Position numbers and translations under genes: made by a program. 64,000 bases of DNA from Halorutilales archaeon Cl-col2-1 (lineage in GTDB: Archaea; Halobacteriota; Halobacteria; Halobacteriales; Afararchaeaceae): NCBI GenBank assembly GCA_041891055.1, contig CP169074.1:1440001-1504000 (forward strand). The letters run 5' to 3'. Within the stretch, counting starts at the first letter, position 1. Each line of letters starts with the position of its first letter. Below are positions 58,249-64,000 of this stretch, piece by piece. The notes beneath the pieces were generated by a model that worked only from the letters and a program-made list of their open reading frames with translations, was not told where the DNA came from and did not search any database.

Positions 58249-58643
58249 CGATCACACCTCGTTGTTCTCAGAATCACTTCGCGTCCGAGATACACAGCAG
58301 TGAGACCGAGGACGTAGTTGGCACCGACGTTGGCGACTGTATACGTGACGGTAGGCTGTGTGAACGTCTCGACTCCGAAGGTGCTGTAAGTCGTGAGTGA
58401 CGACAGAAATCCCGTCGAGACGACATAACGTGACTCCTCCGAGATGAAGTCAATATCGACGTGGATAGACTCGTACATCACGACGCCGAGGAGGAAGCTC
58501 CCGACGACGTTGACCGCGAGAGTGCCGAGAGGCGATGCGAGAGAAGCCGAGACGACATATCGGAGACCCGCACCGGCGAATCCGCCTAAGCCGATCAGAG
58601 AGGAAGCCTTGGCATACGACAGACGGCGCGAGGGCTTCGACAT
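58245..58643 (-). CDS. crcB: Fluoride efflux channel (second subunit)
   Basis: GGFAGAGLRY, GTLAVN..GSF, TGFLSSLTTYSTF. Confidence 0.9.
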   Translation of the reverse strand: MSKPSRRLSYAKASSLIGLGGFAGAGLRYVVSASLASPLGTLAVNVVGSFLLGVVMYESIHVDIDFISEESRYVVSTGFLSSLTTYSTFGVETFTQPTVTYTVANVGANYVLGLTAVYLGREVILRTTRCDR

Positions 58644-58650
58644 GCTATCC

Positions 58651-59901
58651 CTACCCTATCTCGACCTTCTCACCGAGCTTCGGCGCGTGTGCATCGACGC
58701 CGAGACTCTCGCGAACCCATTCAGCGAAGGAGACACAGTCGTCGTCGTCGCCGTGGACACACAGAACCTCCTCGACTCCGTTCTCGACTGCCTTCTCGAC
58801 GTAGGACTTGAGACCGTCGCCATCGGCGTGGGCGGAGAAGTCGTGTAGCTCGACCTGTGCCGAAATCGGGAGTATCTTGCCGTCGATCTCGGCGCGGCTC
58901 GATTCGAGTGCACGCCTGCCGGGGGTTCCCTCGACCTGGTAGCCCGTGAGACAGATCTTGTTCGCGGGATTGTCGAAGAGACCTTTTATGTAGTACATAG
59001 CGGGTCCGCCCGTGAGCATACCGCTCGTGGTGACGACTGCTGCACCGTTTCCGAGGACTCGGTCTCTCTTCGATGGGTCGACCTTTCTCGCGTGGTTCCA
59101 CGCTCTCTTGAGAGCCCCGGGATCACGGACGTAGTCGGGATGTTCGCGGAGTATAGTCGTGACGTCACAGCCCATTCCGTCGACATAACACGGTATGTCG
59201 TTTTCGGCGAGCACCATCAGAATCTCCTGAGTGCGTCCTATCGCGAAGACGGGTATCAGTACGTCGCCGCCCTGGTGGAGAGTCTCCCTCACCGACCTCA
59301 CGAACTCTTCCTCGACCTTCTCGCGGTCTTCGTGTTCGTAGTTAAAGTAGGTGCTCTCGACCACGAGGGCGTCGGCAGGGGGCGGCGGCGAAGCGGCTTC
59401 TAAGAGACGTGTCTGTGTCGTGTTTATGTCTCCGGTGTAGAGAAGTCTCGTCTCGCTGTCGTCGATCCTGACCGAGGCACTTCCGGGTATATGTCCAGCG
59501 TGGTGGAAGTCACAGTCGAAGCCCGCCGCCTCGAACCCCTCTCGGTCTCCGTAACCGTGGAGACGTGAGACCTCCGAGAGACGTGAGACGTCCTCGCGTG
59601 AGAAAGGTGCTCTGTAGGACCCGGATCTCTGGACAATCTTGAGAGTGTCGTTGGCGAGTAGCTCCGAGAGGTTACGTGTCGGAGGTGTCTGGTGGACGGG
59701 TGGGTAGTCGTGCATCAGGGTCGGGAGCGCGCCGACGTGGTCGAGATGTCCGTGTGATATAATGACCTCATCGGGGTCGGCACGTGAAAGAGGGAACTCG
59801 GGCGGATTTCCCGTCTTCATTCCGTAGTCAACGAGGAGACCGTCGATAAGGAACGCACTCCTGCCGACTTCGCGAGCACCCCCGAGACAGCTTATTCTCA
59901 T
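58651..59901 (-). CDS. Beta-CASP metallo-beta-lactamase ribonuclease (aCPSF2-like)
   Basis: GGAREVGRS, HGHLDHVG, AGHIPGS, YTGD, ESTY, FAIGRTQE, FSAHAD, VHGD. Confidence 0.88.
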   Translation of the reverse strand: MRISCLGGAREVGRSAFLIDGLLVDYGMKTGNPPEFPLSRADPDEVIISHGHLDHVGALPTLMHDYPPVHQTPPTRNLSELLANDTLKIVQRSGSYRAPFSREDVSRLSEVSRLHGYGDREGFEAAGFDCDFHHAGHIPGSASVRIDDSETRLLYTGDINTTQTRLLEAASPPPPADALVVESTYFNYEHEDREKVEEEFVRSVRETLHQGGDVLIPVFAIGRTQEILMVLAENDIPCYVDGMGCDVTTILREHPDYVRDPGALKRAWNHARKVDPSKRDRVLGNGAAVVTTSGMLTGGPAMYYIKGLFDNPANKICLTGYQVEGTPGRRALESSRAEIDGKILPISAQVELHDFSAHADGDGLKSYVEKAVENGVEEVLCVHGDDDDCVSFAEWVRESLGVDAHAPKLGEKVEIG

Positions 59902-59985
59902 GGAGGTCGTAAGAGATAGGCGTCCTAATCAGTTCGGTTCTGCCGGTAGGTAGTAGTAGCCGCGTGTAGTAGTTAGGACAAGAAG

Positions 59986-60774
59986 ATGACTGTGAACGAC
60001 GAAGACGGCGAGATACATCCCGACGTGAGGGATATACTCAAAGACGCGAGAAAACGAGCCAACGAAGCCGAGAGAAGGATAGATGAGGTCGAAGCGAGGA
60101 GCTTCGAGGACGCAGTCGAAGACGCGAACGACGACAACAGAACACCACTGATAGCGGAGGTCAAGCCGACTTCCCCGACGACTCAGGGAGTGAAAGAGAC
60201 AGACCCCGTCGAGGCGGCGAGGGAGATGGTCGAGGGCGGTGCTTCGGCTCTCTCAGTACTCACGGAGCCCGAACATTTCGGGGGGAGCCTCGAAAACCTG
60301 AGACGCGTGAGGGACGCCGTCGATGTGCCCGTACTGCGGAAAGACTTCATACTCGACTCTTCTCAGCTATACGAGGTCGAGACCGACATGGTACTCCTGA
60401 TAGCCGCGTTCCTCGACGACGAACTCGGCGAACTCGTCGACGAGGCTCTAAGTCTGGGTCTACAGCCCTTAGTCGAGGTACACACACACGAAGAGCTCGA
60501 ACGCGCGCTCGATACAGACGCAGGTCTGATAGGGGTCAACAGCCGTGACCTCAAGCAGTTGGAGGTCGACCTCTCAGTCTCGGAGGATCTTTTACCAGAG
60601 GTGCCTGACGACAGAATAGGTATCGCCGAGAGCGGAATAGAGACGCGCGAAGACGTCAAGAGGATGGTCGAGGCAGGAGCCGACGCGCTCCTCGTCGGAA
60701 CGGCTATAATGCAGGACGAAGACGTGAGCGGGACGACACGGAGGCTCGTGGGGGCGCGCGAAACACAAGCTTAA
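59986..60774 (+). CDS. trpC: Indole-3-glycerol-phosphate synthase
   Basis: [44 protein letters not shown]. Confidence 0.95.
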   Translation: MTVNDEDGEIHPDVRDILKDARKRANEAERRIDEVEARSFEDAVEDANDDNRTPLIAEVKPTSPTTQGVKETDPVEAAREMVEGGASALSVLTEPEHFGGSLENLRRVRDAVDVPVLRKDFILDSSQLYEVETDMVLLIAAFLDDELGELVDEALSLGLQPLVEVHTHEELERALDTDAGLIGVNSRDLKQLEVDLSVSEDLLPEVPDDRIGIAESGIETREDVKRMVEAGADALLVGTAIMQDEDVSGTTRRLVGARETQA

Positions 60775-60810
60775 TGTACAGATAAGTACATAGATGAACA
60801 AGAAAGAACA
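60770..60810 (+). promoter_or_regulatory. Internal trpBA promoter with four phased TRP boxes (TrpY operator)
   Basis: CTTAAT, then TGTACA-N4-AGTACA-N4-TGAACA-N4-AGAACA at exact 10-bp period, ending at the trpB ATG. Confidence 0.7.
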
Positions 60811-61994
60811 TGACTGCTAACTCAGAGGGCAAGTTCGGGGATTACGGAGGTCAGTACATTCCCGAGGTTCTGATGCCCGCGATAGAGGAGCTTGAGGAAG
60901 CTTACGACGAGTATCTGAGTGACGACGAGTTTCTCGACGACCTCAACGCGAAGCTCAGAGACTACGGAGGACGTCCGACGCCCCTCTACCACGCGCCCGA
61001 ACTCAGCGAACGCGTGGGTTCGAAGGTCTACCTCAAGCGCGAGGATCTACTCCACGGAGGCGCGCACAAGCTCAACAACGCCCTCGGACAGGCACTCTTA
61101 GCGAAGAGGATGGGGAAGGACAGGATAATCGCCGAGACAGGGGCGGGACAGCACGGGACTGCGACAGCGATGGCTGCGGCGGCACTCGGAATCGACTGTG
61201 AGATATACATGGGAGCGAAGGACATAGAGAGACAGAAGCCCAACGTCTTCCGTATGCGTCTGATGGGGGCGGAGGTCAACCCCGTCGAGACCGGGACGGG
61301 TACTCTCAAAGACGCCATAAACGAGACTCTGCGTGACTGGGCTACGAACGTCGAGGACACACATTACGTCATAGGATCGATAGTGGGTCCCCATCCATTC
61401 CCCGCGATGGTACGTGACTTCCAGAGCGTGATAGGCAGAGAGATACGTCAACAGTCGGTAGAGAAAGAGGGTCGTCTCCCCGACTCGGTAGTTGCGTGTG
61501 CGGGTGGCGGGTCGAACACGATGGGGGCTTTCTACGACTTCATAGACGATGAGGAGGTCGACCTCTACGCCGTAGAGGCGGGGGGTTCGTCACTCGAAGT
61601 CAACGAGGAGAGGGCACCCAACTCGGCTTCGCTCAACATAGGTGAGGAGGGCGTCCTCCACGGCGCGCGTACTAAGATTCTCGAAGATGAAGACGGACAG
61701 ATACTCGAAAGCCACTCTCTGAGCGCGGGTCTCGACTACTCGGGCGTCGGACCCGAACTCGCCTACCTCGTCGACTCGGGCAGGGTCGAACCGAGGACAG
61801 CCGACGACGACGAGGCACTCGAAGCATTCCATCTCGTGAGTGAGACTGAGGGAATAATCCCCGCTCTCGAATCGAGCCACGCGGTCGCTCTACTCGAAAA
61901 GGAAGACCTCGGAGACTTCGTCGTCGTCAACCTCTCGGGAAGAGGAGACAAGGATCTCGACACAGTCATGGAGAAGTCGGGGGTGGAGGTATGA
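60810..61994 (+). CDS. trpB: Tryptophan synthase beta chain
   Basis: [45 protein letters not shown]; within trpCBA. Confidence 0.96.
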   Translation: MTANSEGKFGDYGGQYIPEVLMPAIEELEEAYDEYLSDDEFLDDLNAKLRDYGGRPTPLYHAPELSERVGSKVYLKREDLLHGGAHKLNNALGQALLAKRMGKDRIIAETGAGQHGTATAMAAAALGIDCEIYMGAKDIERQKPNVFRMRLMGAEVNPVETGTGTLKDAINETLRDWATNVEDTHYVIGSIVGPHPFPAMVRDFQSVIGREIRQQSVEKEGRLPDSVVACAGGGSNTMGAFYDFIDDEEVDLYAVEAGGSSLEVNEERAPNSASLNIGEEGVLHGARTKILEDEDGQILESHSLSAGLDYSGVGPELAYLVDSGRVEPRTADDDEALEAFHLVSETEGIIPALESSHAVALLEKEDLGDFVVVNLSGRGDKDLDTVMEKSGVEV

Positions 61995-62758
61995 TCGAGT
62001 TCCCCGACGAGCCCGCTCTGATACCCTACTTTACAGCGGGCGACCCTTCGGTCGAGTCGGTGCCCGAGATAATAGAGGCACTCGAAGACGGAGGCGCGGA
62101 CGTGATAGAGGTCGGACTCCCTTTCAGCGAGCCCGTCGCAGACGGTCCGACTATACAGGAGGCGATAGCCCGCGCACTTGACAACGGAATGACACCCGAT
62201 GTCTTCTTCGAGAAGGTCAGCGAGGCGGAGGTCGAGGTTCCTCTCGTCGTGATGACCTACTACAACATCATATTCCACAGAGGGGTCGAGGAGTTCGTCG
62301 AGGACTGTGCCGAAGTCGGAATAGAAGGTATAATCGTCCCCGACCTGCCGGTCGAAGAGTCGGACGAGCTCTACGAGGCGTGCCGAAAGAACAACATCGA
62401 CCTTATCTTCATAATCGCTCCGACGACAGACGACGAGAGAATAGAAGGTATCATGGAACGTGTCTCGGGCTTCGTCTACGTACAGGCACGTCTCGGCACG
62501 ACGGGGGCGCGCGAAGACGTCTCGGGGACGACCTACGACGTACTCGAAAGACTCGAAGGATACGACGTCCCGAAGGCTGTCGGATTCGGCGTCTCGAAGG
62601 AGGAACACGCCCGGTCGATAATCGAGGGGGGTGCCGACGGCGTCGTAGCAGGGAGCGTCTTCGTCGAGACTGCGGCAGAAAGCGAAGAGTACGCCGAGGC
62701 TGTCGAGGAGAAGGCGCGCGAGTTAAAGAGAGGTGCTGTCTCAGGCGAGGAAAGATAA
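61991..62758 (+). CDS. trpA: Tryptophan synthase alpha chain
   Basis: [45 protein letters not shown]. Confidence 0.95.
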   Translation: MIEFPDEPALIPYFTAGDPSVESVPEIIEALEDGGADVIEVGLPFSEPVADGPTIQEAIARALDNGMTPDVFFEKVSEAEVEVPLVVMTYYNIIFHRGVEEFVEDCAEVGIEGIIVPDLPVEESDELYEACRKNNIDLIFIIAPTTDDERIEGIMERVSGFVYVQARLGTTGAREDVSGTTYDVLERLEGYDVPKAVGFGVSKEEHARSIIEGGADGVVAGSVFVETAAESEEYAEAVEEKARELKRGAVSGEER

Positions 62759-62832
62759 TATCCTCACATTCGATCCTTGAGATAAGAAAGCTTGAAGTTA
62801 AGGGGGGTTGGTAATGTATGTAAAACATTAGC

Positions 62833-64000
62833 ATGAAGCCCCTGTCGTATCTCGCCCCTCTGCTTCGCGGGTCGAGTATTGGATGGAGAAGATGGCTCTC
62901 GAACACCTCGAACCTCGTCCATATCTCGGTTCTCGTCTTCGTGCCCGCACTCCTCGTTCTCATAATAGAGATAGGTGTAATGAGTCAGATCAGTTACTTC
63001 CTCTTCCCTCCGCTTGCTTCAGCTTCGTTTACGCTCTTCTCAGACCCTGACGGCGACTACTCGAACCCGAGAAACCTGATAGGTGGTCTCACACTCGGCG
63101 CGTTCATAGGCTGGGCTTCGTTCACAGCCTTCGGCTACGGCGGCGTCGCGGCGGGAATCGCCCTCTTCGTCACAGGTACAGTAACCTGGTTCGGGGGATT
63201 CGAACATCCGAGTGCTTTCTCGGCGACACTACTCGCTGTGGTTCTCAAAGCCGACTCTTACCTCTATGTCATCTCGGTTCTGGGTGCGACAGCCGTGGTC
63301 GGAGGAGTCTTCTACGTCTGGAAGACACGTTTCTACGACGTGAGGTCGGAGTACCTCTACGAACACACATGGAGCGACGACCGTGTCCTCGTGCCTATAC
63401 GCCAGAGAGAGGACACGTGTATCACCGACTTCGCCGCACAGATAGCGGGGGCACACGAGGCGGGAAGGGTCGTACTCCTAAACGTCACCGAGGACGAGAA
63501 CGTGATAGAAAACGCGAGGAAGTTAGAGGATCTCGCAAACGAGATCAGAGAGGGGTACGACGTCAACGTCGAGGTCTCTATACTCGAAGCAGAGCTCGAC
63601 GACGCACGTGCTGTCCTGGACGCCGCCGAGAGGTACTCGTGTGACCTCATAGCGGTGCCGTGGGAAGGCGAGTCAGGAGTCTCCGACTACATCAGCAGCC
63701 TCTTCGGGGGAGACAGGGACGTAGTCGTCTACCGTCCGTCGCTCGACGAAGAGAAGCAGGACTCGGGACCATGGCACGACGTACTCGTTCCCGTCAAGGG
63801 AGACGACGAGCTATCGCGTCTGATGGTTGACTTCGCGTCACGTCTCGTGGGAAAAGGGGCAATAAGCGTCTCGAAGATTATCTCTAACGAGAGCGAGAGG
63901 AGAAGTGCAGAGAAGGATCTCTTCGACCTCGTCGACGGATTCACAGGGAGGTTCGAGACACGTGTCACGAACGTCTCGAATATATCACGTGAGGAGTTCA
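62833..64000 (+). CDS. HPP-family membrane domain plus universal stress protein domains (partial, runs off window)
   Basis: Manual translation from ATG 62833: FLFPPLASASFTLFSDP..YSNP, FEHPSAFS, then DDRVLVP..AHEAGRVVLL and DVLVPV USP-like segments. Confidence 0.75.
   Translation, partial: MKPLSYLAPLLRGSSIGWRRWLSNTSNLVHISVLVFVPALLVLIIEIGVMSQISYFLFPPLASASFTLFSDPDGDYSNPRNLIGGLTLGAFIGWASFTAFGYGGVAAGIALFVTGTVTWFGGFEHPSAFSATLLAVVLKADSYLYVISVLGATAVVGGVFYVWKTRFYDVRSEYLYEHTWSDDRVLVPIRQREDTCITDFAAQIAGAHEAGRVVLLNVTEDENVIENARKLEDLANEIREGYDVNVEVSILEAELDDARAVLDAAERYSCDLIAVPWEGESGVSDYISSLFGGDRDVVVYRPSLDEEKQDSGPWHDVLVPVKGDDELSRLMVDFASRLVGKGAISVSKIISNESERRSAEKDLFDLVDGFTGRFETRVTNVSNISREEF

Noticed and set aside
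59946-59976. TAG repeats upstream of trpC as a TRAP-binding site
   Set aside because: Spacing (mostly 0-1 nt) does not fit the (G/U)AG-N2 TRAP pattern, there are too few repeats, and TRAP is not known in archaea.

Overview
Gene-dense, GC-rich haloarchaeal chromosomal window (class Halobacteria), judged from the highly acidic proteome, a PGF-CTERM protein, TatCo/TatCt, a Zim-like methylase and many apparently leaderless genes. Frequent ATA/AGA codons suggest an early-branching lineage such as Halorutilales (inference). Most of it is housekeeping: cofE-trpY-srp19-PHP-gar1-phoU, a biotin ECF transporter, pus10, moeA1/2, cysS, guaAa, tatC x2, nfo, pdxS/pdxT/hisE, nadAB, mutS/mutL, engB, crcB x2, and trpCBA plus a second stand-alone trpB. 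Main items the ORF track does not explain: (1) tRNA-Val(GAC) is followed by 12 apparently identical 81-bp tandem repeats, each ending in a copy of the tRNA 3' end and carrying an antisense copy of its T-arm, then a TA-like pair with its own operator. (2) A sulfur/cytochrome bd module contains an HTH-sulfurtransferase fusion, and a shared paired-palindrome promoter architecture recurs 36 kb away before a small membrane gene. (3) An unannotated box C/D guide RNA, predicted to target 23S helix 69, lies next to pus10. (4) Four phased TRP boxes sit between trpC and trpB, and a TrpY homolog is in the window. (5) Tandem DtxR-type boxes precede a PGF-CTERM putative metal-binding protein. (6) There is a ~130-nt intergenic hairpin. 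(7) A ThrC-like protein lacks the PLP lysine. (8) There is a divergent type II R-M pair. All family assignments come from recognised motifs, not database searches.
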